DNA from: Myxococcota bacterium | Lineage (GTDB): Bacteria; Myxococcota_A; UBA9160; UBA4427 | Assembly (NCBI GenBank): GCA_965250285.1 | Contig: OZ252299.1 | Span: forward strand, 5,760,001-5,824,000 | Reading direction: 5' to 3' | Length of the DNA stretch: 64,000 nt | Part shown: piece after piece, positions 29,235-38,112 of the stretch | How positions within the stretch are numbered: position 1 is the first letter of the stretch | Layout of the letters: each line of letters starts with the position of its first letter | Translations under genes and position numbers: made by a program | Notes under the pieces: model-generated | Databases searched by the model: none | The model's input: only the letters and a program-made list of their open reading frames with translations | Told to the model about the DNA's origin: nothing

Positions 29235-30425
29235 TCAGAAGTCGTCGACCATGGCGGGCGCGGCGCTCGCGAAGAGCGTCTCGAGGAGCGCCCAGTCCCG
29301 CGTGGGCTCGCCGCCGGTCAGTCGGCCGGCCCGGGCCAGCGCGGCGCACGTCGTATGGCCGCTGTACAGCGACGAGAGGGCGCCCACGTCGAGCTCGATC
29401 GGGGTCTCGGCCGCCTCGCGTGCGACGCGCGCTTCGCCCCCTTCGAGGGTCACGACGAAGTCGTCTTCGTTGTCCCCGACCATCTCGTCGCGCACGCGCA
29501 GCGCGACCTGGCCGCCGAGACCCGGTGGGGCGCCGCGCGCCTCGAGCGCCGCGCCGACATCGAGCAGACGCAGCATCCAACGCATGTGGATGAAGATCGA
29601 GGCCTTCAGCTCGGGCACCAACCAGGCCACCGGCTCGTCGGGCCAGCCGCGAAACCGCGCATCCCGAGCGACCGATGACGACGAGGCCATCACCCAGAGC
29701 AGGGCCGCGAGCGAAGCGGCGTCACTGGCGAAGAGCTCGCGCACGTCGAGATCGTAGTCTTCGGTGCCGAGCGCGATCGGCGCGTGGCGATAGAACAGGG
29801 CCCCGTCGACGTCGCCCCGTGCGTCGAGCGAGACGTAGGCGAAGAGGTCGTCGAAGCGGCGCCGATAGATCGGGACGGCCCAGTCGCCTCGGTCGATCGC
29901 GCCGGGGTGATCGGACATGAGCCGCACCCGCAGCGCCTCGATGGCCTCGAGGTCGTCGGTCGTGGCGCGTCGAATTCGGCCCGGTTCGGGGCGCCGGACG
30001 TCGCGCAGGCGGGCGACGGGCACCGAGTAGAGCGTCCACTGGCCGGCGAACTCGTAGCCGAGCGAGCGGTAGAGCGCGGGCGTTGCGGGATAGAGCACCG
30101 AGATCGGGAGCGCCTCGGCGCGCATGCGCTCAATCAGAAAGGCCATGATGCGCGACGCGAGGCCGCGGCCGCGCGCCTCGGGTGCGACGACGACGCTCGA
30201 CACGCCGCCCATCGGCACGCGCCGGCGATTGAAGAACTGACCGAAGCGGTGAAACTCGCAGATCGCGAGCAGCGTGTCGCCGTCAAACGCGCCGACGAAG
30301 CGATCGGCGCCGTCGGGGTCGCGCGCCGTTTCGTGCTGCTTCGGGTCGACGTTGAAGATCTGCTGGTCGAGCTGCCAGGCGGCCGGCAGGTCGTCGGGTG
30401 TGAGCGTACGGATCGTCTCCAACAC
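29235..30425 (-). CDS. Eis-like GNAT acetyltransferase with C-terminal SCP2-like domain
   Basis: VVVAPEARGRGLA, SVLYP..LYRSLGYE, MLRLLDV..ALEARG, LSSLYSG. Confidence 0.88.
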   Translation of the reverse strand: MLETIRTLTPDDLPAAWQLDQQIFNVDPKQHETARDPDGADRFVGAFDGDTLLAICEFHRFGQFFNRRRVPMGGVSSVVVAPEARGRGLASRIMAFLIERMRAEALPISVLYPATPALYRSLGYEFAGQWTLYSVPVARLRDVRRPEPGRIRRATTDDLEAIEALRVRLMSDHPGAIDRGDWAVPIYRRRFDDLFAYVSLDARGDVDGALFYRHAPIALGTEDYDLDVRELFASDAASLAALLWVMASSSSVARDARFRGWPDEPVAWLVPELKASIFIHMRWMLRLLDVGAALEARGAPPGLGGQVALRVRDEMVGDNEDDFVVTLEGGEARVAREAAETPIELDVGALSSLYSGHTTCAALARAGRLTGGEPTRDWALLETLFASAAPAMVDDF

Positions 30426-30563
30426 GAGCCTCCTGCGGAACGCTCTCGGGCGTCTTCCCGGGCGAGGTCGGGATGGAACGTCGGCTGCCGTGTGCTGTCA
30501 ATCGCGCCGTCGCAGAACGGGGTCGGCGCGCGCGGCAACGCGCGCCGACCCCTCGACCTTCTG

Positions 30564-31733
30564 TCAGAAGGCGTACTGCACACCCGTCGTCAGCTGCCAG
30601 CTCTGGCCGAGCTGGGGGCCGTCGAGGCTCTGGTAGGCCGGCAGGCCGCCTTCGAGGGCGATGCGCAGGCCCTCCAACACCTCGAACCGATCGCCGAGGG
30701 CGCTCGGCGTGAAGTCGAGGCCGAAGAGCGCATCGAGCCGCTTGCCCGCCCGCAGATTGGGATCGGCGGTCGGGATCATCATCGGGTTGAGGGCCGGGTC
30801 GGCGCCCTCGATGTTGAAGTTCTGGTTCCACGCGAGCCGAAAGCTCGCGCTCACCGGCTTGGTGAACGCCCAGGTGCCCCAGCCGGTCACCTGGTACTGG
30901 TGGCCGAGGCGATAGTCGCGATCGTTCTCGCCGAGTCGAATCACGCCCGTCGCCTGTCCGCCCCACGACCAGGGGCCGCGGTGTCCGGTGTACGTCGAGC
31001 CGACGATCAGGTCGAACGTGCCCGAGCCGATCTGCATCGGGTAGGGCAGCTGCGTGTCCGGGCCGGCGGGGGTCGTGTCGGTCTCATCGATCGAGCCCGT
31101 GGGCGAGCTGAAGCCGAGCTGCAGGTGCACGCCTTGATGCTCCGTATTCCACAGCTGGTAGAGCAGCGAGAGCTTCAGGTCGCCGACGCCCTTCGTGTCG
31201 GTCGTGAATCGCGTGTCGGCGGCGGTGACGTGATCCATCGACTTCGTGATGAACGGGATCATCGCCATCAGGGTGAGCCGGTCGAGGGGGGCGTACATGA
31301 TGCCGAACATGTGCATGTCCATCGTCATGTCTTCGGGCGCGACCATGTAGGGGCCGTCGGGCAGCCGGATGTCGTCGACCGACACCTTGTCGGTCCCCTC
31401 GTAGTTGTCGTTCATCGCCATGTGCATGTAGCGGTACGAGACCATCCACTCGCCCTTGGCATGGACGTGATCGCCCATGACCCCGATCGGAGCATGGCCG
31501 GCCTGGTGATCGCCGTGTCCGCCCTCTCCGTGATGAGACCCGTGTTCGGAGTGATCGTGGGCTTTGGCCTCGGTGCCGGCCGTCGCCGTCGATTCGGGTG
31601 GACCGTGTTGCGAGTGGTCGTGATGCGGGTCGGCTGCATGTGCAGACAGACCGATGAGGGCGGCCGCCAGGGCCGCGAGCAGAGCGAAGCCTGCGCGCAC
31701 ACCGATCGGTGTGCGGTCGTTTTGCGTGCTCAA
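30564..31733 (-). CDS. Outer-membrane beta-barrel transporter with His/Met-rich N-terminus (probable metal uptake)
   Basis: TTG start after GGAG; signal peptide; HHDHSQH..HDHSEHGSHH; HAPIGVMGDHVH; MTMDMHM; LPYPMQIGSG; C-terminal GVQYAF. Confidence 0.75.
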   Translation of the reverse strand: MSTQNDRTPIGVRAGFALLAALAAALIGLSAHAADPHHDHSQHGPPESTATAGTEAKAHDHSEHGSHHGEGGHGDHQAGHAPIGVMGDHVHAKGEWMVSYRYMHMAMNDNYEGTDKVSVDDIRLPDGPYMVAPEDMTMDMHMFGIMYAPLDRLTLMAMIPFITKSMDHVTAADTRFTTDTKGVGDLKLSLLYQLWNTEHQGVHLQLGFSSPTGSIDETDTTPAGPDTQLPYPMQIGSGTFDLIVGSTYTGHRGPWSWGGQATGVIRLGENDRDYRLGHQYQVTGWGTWAFTKPVSASFRLAWNQNFNIEGADPALNPMMIPTADPNLRAGKRLDALFGLDFTPSALGDRFEVLEGLRIALEGGLPAYQSLDGPQLGQSWQLTTGVQYAF

Positions 31734-31877
31734 GGTGTTCTCCAGGCGCGCGTGGTCGACACTGCGAGCCGATCGCACGCGCGACGCCGTCGTTCGAGAT
31801 AGGCACACGCGGCGAGACCGCCGCGTGCACGAGCAGACGCTCACCGCGGCGCTCGGCCGGGCGTGCAGCGTCGTTTC

Positions 31878-32489
31878 TCAGGCGAACGAGGCCTGTCTGG
31901 GAACGGGGTCGATCGGGTTCGGCTCACCCCGCGGCGCTTCGCCGACCCGGGCGAAGAAGGGGACGAGCGGCGGCACTTCGGCCGCCTCGAGCGTGCTCGC
32001 CGGCGGGACGCCGGCGCCGACGCGCACCGTCGACGCGCCCGCGACGGGTGATTGCTGGTCGCAGCCACACGGGCAGGCCGGGAGGAGGAAGATCAGGCGG
32101 CCCTCGAAGGGCGCGGGCTCGCTCGCACTGGGCGCGGATGAACCGTGGCACGGCTTCGGGGGCGCGGCCGCGGTCTCGGTCGAGCGCGACGTCGGCGTGT
32201 GTGCGGTGTGCGCCGCGTGCGCACCATGGCCCCCGTGCCCGGCGTGCCCGGCGTGCCCGGCGTGCCCGGCGTGCCCGGCGTGCCCGGCGTGCCCGGCGTG
32301 TGCCGCGTGCCCGGCGGCCCCGCCCGAAGGGGCAGGCTGCCGCGCGAGGGTCAGCAGCGTCTCGGCGCTGGCCACCGACATGGCGATGCGCTCGGGGCTC
32401 TCGGCCACCCGCGGCGTGCACGGCAGCGCCGCGACCCAGATGTGGGCCACGACGACGAGCAGGCTGGCGGCGCGACGCGGGCTGAACAT
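31878..32489 (-). CDS. His/Cys-rich small exported or membrane protein
   Basis: N-terminal hydrophobic helix, 13 His at 3-residue spacing, ACPCGC, Pro-rich C-terminus PNPIDPVP. Confidence 0.65.
   Translation of the reverse strand: MFSPRRAASLLVVVAHIWVAALPCTPRVAESPERIAMSVASAETLLTLARQPAPSGGAAGHAAHAGHAGHAGHAGHAGHAGHAGHGGHGAHAAHTAHTPTSRSTETAAAPPKPCHGSSAPSASEPAPFEGRLIFLLPACPCGCDQQSPVAGASTVRVGAGVPPASTLEAAEVPPLVPFFARVGEAPRGEPNPIDPVPRQASFA
32235..32315 (-). repeat. 9-bp coding tandem repeat (GTGCCCGGC on + strand) encoding His-Ala-Gly repeats
   Basis: Seven perfect copies at 32235-32297, one variant, one further perfect copy. Confidence 0.95.
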
Positions 32490-32657
32490 GATCGGGAGAG
32501 GCTACCAGGGCCGGCCCGGCTGCTCCCGCCACAATTCGAGGCAAGCGTGCGGTCGAACGGCGGGCGGGCGCGGTCGCGCTCGTGGCGCGCGGGGACCCCA
32601 GCTGCCGCCGGAATTCGGCGAGCGCGCGCCTCGCGAAGCTCTTGGGCCGCGCCCTGC

Positions 32658-34904
32658 CTAGAACTTGACGTTCATCCCAACGCGAAAGTCGCGACCCGGC
32701 AGCGGGGCCAGATCCTTGAGGACCGACGAGTGACTCCGCGCTTCCTGGTCGGCGAGGTTGCGCGCGTTCATGAAGACCGTGAGTCGATCCTCGCCCCCGA
32801 TCGGGCGCACCTCGAGGCTCAGGTTGACCATCACGTAGCCGTCGGTGGGCAGCTCACCCGGGGCGACGCGATCCTGCTCGCGCACCCACTGCGTATCGAA
32901 GTGCAGGTCGGCGAAGCGGCTGCCGATCTCGAGGCCACCCAGGATCCGAAGCGGCGGGATCTGAGGGAGGTTCTCGCTGCCGTTCTTCAGCGCGCCGCGC
33001 ACGTAGTCGAACACGCCGTCGAGGCCCACGCTCCAGTCGTCGCGCTCCCACACGGTGAAGTGCACGTCGACCTCGGTGCCGTAGAACTCCGCGTCGTTGG
33101 CCACGTACTGGAAGACCGGCAGATCGTCGTCGACGGCGCCCGTCGGCATGCGATACACGAAGTCGTCATAGGCCGTGTAGAAGAGGCCGATGCCGCCGCT
33201 CACCCGACCGCCCTGGCGGCGGATCGCGAGCTCGACGCCCTTGCCGACCTCCTTGCCGAGCGTCGGATCGCCGATGTCGAAGCTCTGGGTGGCGAGGTGC
33301 GGGCCACCCGAGTAGAGCTCGACGCTCTGGGGCAGACGCTCGTTGCGGTAGCCCGTGATGCCGACCATGTAGTCGGAGTGAAACTGCCAGCCGAGACCGG
33401 CCGAGATGCTCACGCCGTTGAAGGTGCGGTCGGGGTTCTGCGTGGCGTCGATGTGCTGGTATTCGTACCGGAGGCCGACGTCGATGCCGAGCCCTTCTAC
33501 CCACTGGTCGAGGGCGACCTGTTCGAGCGCGAAGAGTCCGAAGTTGTTGGTCGTCGCCGGCGGAACGAACGCTTCTTCACCCACGGCGCCGAACTGGCTG
33601 TTCGTCACCTGGAAGCCGACGGCGCCGTCGAGCAGCCCCCACTCGACCTGGCCCATCTCGAGGCGCATGTCGAAGCCGTCGTTGTTGAAGACCGTGCCGA
33701 CCTCGCTGCCCTCGAGCTCGGTGTGTTCGTAGCGGCTGTAGCCGAACTGGAACTTCGTCTCGTCGAAGATCACGAGGTCGGTCTCGGCGAAGGCTTCGAG
33801 GTCGACGCGCCAGCGCTTCAAGTCAATGCGCACCGGCGGCTCGGGCTCGGCCGGCGGCGGATCCTCTTCGTGCTCATGGCCGGGGACGCCGTAGTCCGAC
33901 GCATACCAGCCGGCCGACACACCCACGTAGCCCCAATCCTGGAGCCACGACACGCCGCCGCCCGCACCCTGGGTCGACAGGTCGCTGTTGTCGACCTTGC
34001 CCTCGGGCGGGCCATCCCGGGTCTCGCCTTCGGCCTCGAGCAGCCGATCGCTCTCGGCGTAGCCGGGGATCTCGTAGTCGTCCTGGGCTCGGCCGAAGCC
34101 GTCGACGTGTACGACGAAGTCACCGGTCGACTGCTCGACGAGACCGCCGCCCTCGCGCAGGTTGCCGTTCGATCCGTAGTCGGCGGTCGCCTCGACGCGG
34201 GTGCCGTCCTCGGGTGCCTGCTTGGCGATGCGGCCGGTCATGACGTTCACGACGCCGCCCGCAGCCGTGCTGCCGTAGAGCAGGGTCGCCGGGCCTCGAA
34301 TCACTTCGATGCGCTGCGCCGTGAGGGCTTCGGCGGTCGTTGCGTGGTCGGGGCTCTCGGCCGAAGCGTCGAGCGCGCGCAGACCGTCGTTCAGGATGTC
34401 GACGCGCACACCCTGCTGACCGCGCACGACCGGCCGGCTCGCGGCCGGTGAGAAGAAGTCGCTGTTGATCCCGGGCTCCATCGAGAGCGTCTGACCGATC
34501 GACGAGTTGCGCTTGCGCTCGAGCTCCTCGCCTTGCAGCACGCTCGTGCCCTGCAGCAGCGAAAAGCGGGTCCGCCCGAACGGCGCCGCCGTGACGACCA
34601 GCTCCTCGTAGTCGTCGTGGTGCAGGTGATCGCCGCGATGCGCGTCGTGATCGTGCTCGGCGCCGTCTTCGGCCGGTCCGGGATCCTGCGCCCAGTTCTC
34701 CTCGTCGGCGACGATCGTGTCTTCGGGCGGCGTCGGCGGGGCTTCGCCCTCGACCGGGACGTCTTCGACCGTGTCGAGTTCGGTTTCGACGACGATGTCT
34801 TGCGTCCAGGCCGCGGGCGCCAGCATCAGAAGCTGTGCGAGCGTGAAGATCGCGAGTCGTCGGGGGTGCCCAGATTTGCGCAGAGTGTGCTTTCGGTTGC
34901 TCAT
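32658..34904 (-). CDS. TonB-dependent receptor, ZnuD-like
   Basis: TonB-box-like EELVVTA; plug SRPVVRG, DASAESPDHA, IEVIRGPATLLYGS; YGVPGHEHEE loop; HDHDAH..HLHH N-terminal tract; C-terminal VKF. Confidence 0.9.
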   Translation of the reverse strand: MSNRKHTLRKSGHPRRLAIFTLAQLLMLAPAAWTQDIVVETELDTVEDVPVEGEAPPTPPEDTIVADEENWAQDPGPAEDGAEHDHDAHRGDHLHHDDYEELVVTAAPFGRTRFSLLQGTSVLQGEELERKRNSSIGQTLSMEPGINSDFFSPAASRPVVRGQQGVRVDILNDGLRALDASAESPDHATTAEALTAQRIEVIRGPATLLYGSTAAGGVVNVMTGRIAKQAPEDGTRVEATADYGSNGNLREGGGLVEQSTGDFVVHVDGFGRAQDDYEIPGYAESDRLLEAEGETRDGPPEGKVDNSDLSTQGAGGGVSWLQDWGYVGVSAGWYASDYGVPGHEHEEDPPPAEPEPPVRIDLKRWRVDLEAFAETDLVIFDETKFQFGYSRYEHTELEGSEVGTVFNNDGFDMRLEMGQVEWGLLDGAVGFQVTNSQFGAVGEEAFVPPATTNNFGLFALEQVALDQWVEGLGIDVGLRYEYQHIDATQNPDRTFNGVSISAGLGWQFHSDYMVGITGYRNERLPQSVELYSGGPHLATQSFDIGDPTLGKEVGKGVELAIRRQGGRVSGGIGLFYTAYDDFVYRMPTGAVDDDLPVFQYVANDAEFYGTEVDVHFTVWERDDWSVGLDGVFDYVRGALKNGSENLPQIPPLRILGGLEIGSRFADLHFDTQWVREQDRVAPGELPTDGYVMVNLSLEVRPIGGEDRLTVFMNARNLADQEARSHSSVLKDLAPLPGRDFRVGMNVKF

Positions 34905-35032
34905 GAGGCGGCTATTGCTACCCGATGCGGAAATCCCGCGCAAACGCGATTCGGCATGCAAAATCGGGCTGCTAGGGTGTCGATTCCATCCCAAGTGAGC
35001 CGGCGCCGCCGGCGGCCTCAGGAGTTCGAAGC

Positions 35033-35527
35033 GTGGACATCGACTGGAAGGATCTCGAGGCAATCAAGCGCCTCAAGTACAAGTACATGCGCTGCATCGA
35101 CACCAAGCTCTGGGACGAGATCGGCGATCTCTTCACAGACGACTGCGAGGCGGCCTACAGCGGCGGCAAGTACGCGTACTCGGGGCGCGACGCCATCGTC
35201 GAGTTTCTGTCGGGCGCCATGGGGGCCGACGGCTTCCACTCGAGCCATCAGGTGAGTCAGCCCGAGATCGACCTCGTCGACGAGAACACCGCCACCGGCA
35301 TCTGGTCGCTACAGGACTGGGTGATCGACACGCGCTTCGAGATCACGATTCGCGGCGCGGCGTTCTACGAGGACGAGTATCGCCGGTGTGACGACGGCCA
35401 GTGGCGCATCTCGAAGACGGGCTACCAGCGCACGTACGAAGAGATGTACCCGCGCAAGTCGGTCGAGGGGCTGAAAGTCTCGGCGAGTCGCTGGCAGGGG
35501 GATGGGTCGAGCGAGATCGACGTGTAG
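35033..35527 (+). CDS. NTF2/SnoaL-like protein (BaiE/LinA type)
   Basis: IKRLKYKYMRCID, SHQVSQPEI, GAAFYEDEY..WRI; AGGAG RBS with GTG start. Confidence 0.85.
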   Translation: MDIDWKDLEAIKRLKYKYMRCIDTKLWDEIGDLFTDDCEAAYSGGKYAYSGRDAIVEFLSGAMGADGFHSSHQVSQPEIDLVDENTATGIWSLQDWVIDTRFEITIRGAAFYEDEYRRCDDGQWRISKTGYQRTYEEMYPRKSVEGLKVSASRWQGDGSSEIDV

Positions 35528-35542
35528 GGTTGGGTGCAGGGG

Positions 35543-35677
35543 TCGCGTTTTCGGGGGTGGCGTCCTCAGACTTCGGCGGGCCCGCTTCACGCGTTCGGGG
35601 CGCTCTTGCTGGGTTCGGTGTTCGGGTGCTTGGGATGGCCCGCCTTCGACTTGCGGGCGCCACCCCCGAAAACGCGA
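35543..35677. repeat. Long palindromic element structurally related to the 135-bp units
   Basis: 23-bp arms TCGCGTTTTCGGGGGTGGCGTCC / GGGCGCCACCCCCGAAAACGCGA; inner arms GGCGGGCC / GGCCCGCC. Confidence 0.85.
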
Positions 35678-35723
35678 GCGTTGGTTGACGCCTGCGCGCG
35701 GTCTCGGGATTGAGTGAACGGGG

Positions 35724-35750
35724 CGGGGCGTGCTCTTTGAGCACGCCCCG
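35724..35750. terminator. Hairpin between convergent genes, possible terminator
   Basis: Perfect 12-bp stem CGGGGCGTGCTC-TTT-GAGCACGCCCCG; only a weak U-tract. Confidence 0.5.
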
Positions 35751-35758
35751 TTCTGCGT

Positions 35759-38056
35759 TCAGCCTTCGTGGTGGGGCTCGAGCGGGGTCGCGGCCTGGGT
35801 GGAGGTTCGGGCGCGTTCGATGAAGATCGGGCTCGACCAGGCGCGTTGCTCGGTCTCGGCGAGACAGTCGTCGTTCGGATCCGAGTCGCCGTAACAGATG
35901 TCGACCGAGAGGCACTGGCCGAGCTCGTCGAACTCGCAGCGCAGGCCGTCGGCGTTGATCGCCAGGATCGGCGCCTCGATGGCGCGCACGTAGTAGAGCG
36001 CGTCACGACCCTCTGATTGGAAGTCGGCGTCGGTGAACGTGACCGCGCAGCCTTCGGGGTTCGGGTCGCACTCGTAGATGCGCCACGGGTCTTCGATGAG
36101 CGGCTCGACCGGCTCGCCCGCGACGATCTGAGGTCGGACCTTGACGATCTCGATGCGCGTGATCTGACGCCTTTCGTCGCTCGGGTGGTAGCACTCGCCC
36201 CGGCACAACCGCTCGGTCTCTTCGCTGCCGAGGGCGGTGAGCGAATCAGCGGGGCAGCCCGGCTTCTGCTCGAACGACCCGACGGCGCGCACCTGGAAGA
36301 TCGGATCCTCGTCGAGCGCGGCCTCGCCGCCCATGGCCACAGGCCGCCCCCGCGAGCCGGGCGCGTTCAAGAGATCGAACCACAGCAGGATACGGGGGCC
36401 GCTCGTGCCGTAGACCTCCTTGCGTTCCATCGCATCCCAGATCGCCTCTCGGTCGCGCCCTTCGCTGTGCACCGCCGTCAGTCCGCCGGTCAGAAAGAAC
36501 GACGAAGATCGCTCTGCCTCGCGCGCATTGAAGAAGCTGCCGGGGTTGTCGGGGTCGTAGGGCAACGATCGGGGCTCGGGGTCGACGACGAGCTCGCCGC
36601 GTAGGCCACCGAGGAACTTGCCGCCGGCCTGGGGCAGGCGCGCCTCGGTGTTCGACGTCCGGAACACCTCCTTGTAGCCGGTTCCCGGCCGTGCGAGGTG
36701 GTTGTCACTCGAGGCCATGAACCCGAAGTCGAAGCGGCGCGGCGAGTCGGGATCGTCGAAGTTGCGCAGCGCCATGATGTACTGCACCGAGCTCTTCGGG
36801 CGGTAGTTGAACGAAGGCTGGAAGCAGTCGCGGCACTGATCGCTGTCGAGCCAGTCTTCAGGCTTCACACCGGGAACGACCGAGTGACCGGGCAGACCCG
36901 CATCGACGAAGTGCTGACGAGCCGTGGCCGCGCGGTTCGCGCACTCTTCGGCACTCTCGCCGACCTCGAGACAGCGTGACTCGATGATGCGTCCGGCCTG
37001 CCAGCACGACGGCAGAAAGTCGTCACGCGGGGCGGGGCACGAACGGGTGCCGTCCGCGGCGATCTCGATCTCCTTCCAGTCGCGGTACTCCTCGCTGTTG
37101 CCGTGGCCCGAATAGACCTCGATCAGCTGCTGGCGATTCGGGTCGTGCATGTCGCCGACGAGCTGCTTGTCCCACGCCGACCCGCGAGGCGTGTAGAGCC
37201 CCCACGTCGTTCCGTGCGGGATCACCATGCTCTCGAAGCCCCAGTCGTCGAGCTTGGCGAAGAGGCCCGCCGGGTCGACGGTGCTCTCGAAGCAATCGCC
37301 CGGCAGGTCGCGCACCGGAACGTCCTCGTCGCAGGGGTTCTCGGTCAGCTGAATCAGGCCATCGAAGTACCGGATCAGATCGAACGTATCCTGGCTCGGG
37401 CGCACGACGCCGAGCAGACCCATGCCGAGGCGGCCCGGGTTGATCTGATCGGGGTCGCGGTCGGTCGCGTCCGGCGGCGTCGCGGCCGCGATCGGACGCG
37501 TGGGGATCTCGTCGTCGGCGAGGCCGCGGATGATCACGTTCTTGTGGCCGTAGTGATTGCCCGGATGCGTCCCCATCTGGGTCCACTCCCAGCCGAGGAA
37601 GGTCGTCATGTCGGGGTTCGCTGCATCGGTGACCGCATTGCACTGGCGGATCGCCTCGACGGTGTCGTCCCAGGCCGTCTCGGTGATCGCGATGGCGTGG
37701 TCGTTGATCGACCAGAAATCGAGACCCGAACAGTGCCGCGCGAAGTCACACGCGTCCGAGACGGGATGCGCGCCTTCGCCGCCGCCGGTCGGCAACGCCA
37801 TCATGAACGCGTCGAGGCTGTAGGTGCTGTGGACGTGCAGGTCGCCGAAGAGGATCTGCTTCGGGCGGGCCACGCCCATCTCGTCGGCGGCCGTCTCGAT
37901 GGCACCGGCCCGCTGGCCGAGCATCGCCGTCGTGATCGGCGTCTCGTTCGGCTCGCCGGCACCCCAGTCGTTGCCGAGGTTGCCGCTGCCGATGAACATC
38001 AGAACCAGCCAGGCCAGCACGAGCAGGCCCACCAGAACGAATGCGATGCGTCGCAT
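35759..38056 (-). CDS. DUF3604-like PHP-fold exported protein
   Basis: FGDLHVHSTYSLD, LDFWSINDH, GWEWT, SSDNH, EVYGTSGPRI, YYVRAIE, AWSSPI. Confidence 0.85.
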   Translation of the reverse strand: MRRIAFVLVGLLVLAWLVLMFIGSGNLGNDWGAGEPNETPITTAMLGQRAGAIETAADEMGVARPKQILFGDLHVHSTYSLDAFMMALPTGGGEGAHPVSDACDFARHCSGLDFWSINDHAIAITETAWDDTVEAIRQCNAVTDAANPDMTTFLGWEWTQMGTHPGNHYGHKNVIIRGLADDEIPTRPIAAATPPDATDRDPDQINPGRLGMGLLGVVRPSQDTFDLIRYFDGLIQLTENPCDEDVPVRDLPGDCFESTVDPAGLFAKLDDWGFESMVIPHGTTWGLYTPRGSAWDKQLVGDMHDPNRQQLIEVYSGHGNSEEYRDWKEIEIAADGTRSCPAPRDDFLPSCWQAGRIIESRCLEVGESAEECANRAATARQHFVDAGLPGHSVVPGVKPEDWLDSDQCRDCFQPSFNYRPKSSVQYIMALRNFDDPDSPRRFDFGFMASSDNHLARPGTGYKEVFRTSNTEARLPQAGGKFLGGLRGELVVDPEPRSLPYDPDNPGSFFNAREAERSSSFFLTGGLTAVHSEGRDREAIWDAMERKEVYGTSGPRILLWFDLLNAPGSRGRPVAMGGEAALDEDPIFQVRAVGSFEQKPGCPADSLTALGSEETERLCRGECYHPSDERRQITRIEIVKVRPQIVAGEPVEPLIEDPWRIYECDPNPEGCAVTFTDADFQSEGRDALYYVRAIEAPILAINADGLRCEFDELGQCLSVDICYGDSDPNDDCLAETEQRAWSSPIFIERARTSTQAATPLEPHHEG

Positions 38057-38112
38057 GCTTGACTCCCCTCACTTCACGTCGGCGCCGGTCCGCTCGATGC
38101 GCCGCCACTGAA

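Noticed and set aside
31654..32661. Plus-strand (CPA)n Cys-rich or (VPG)n ORFs
   Set aside because: Shadow frames of the 9-bp repeat; the minus-strand His-rich frame has a signal-like N-terminus and matches the orientation of its neighbours.
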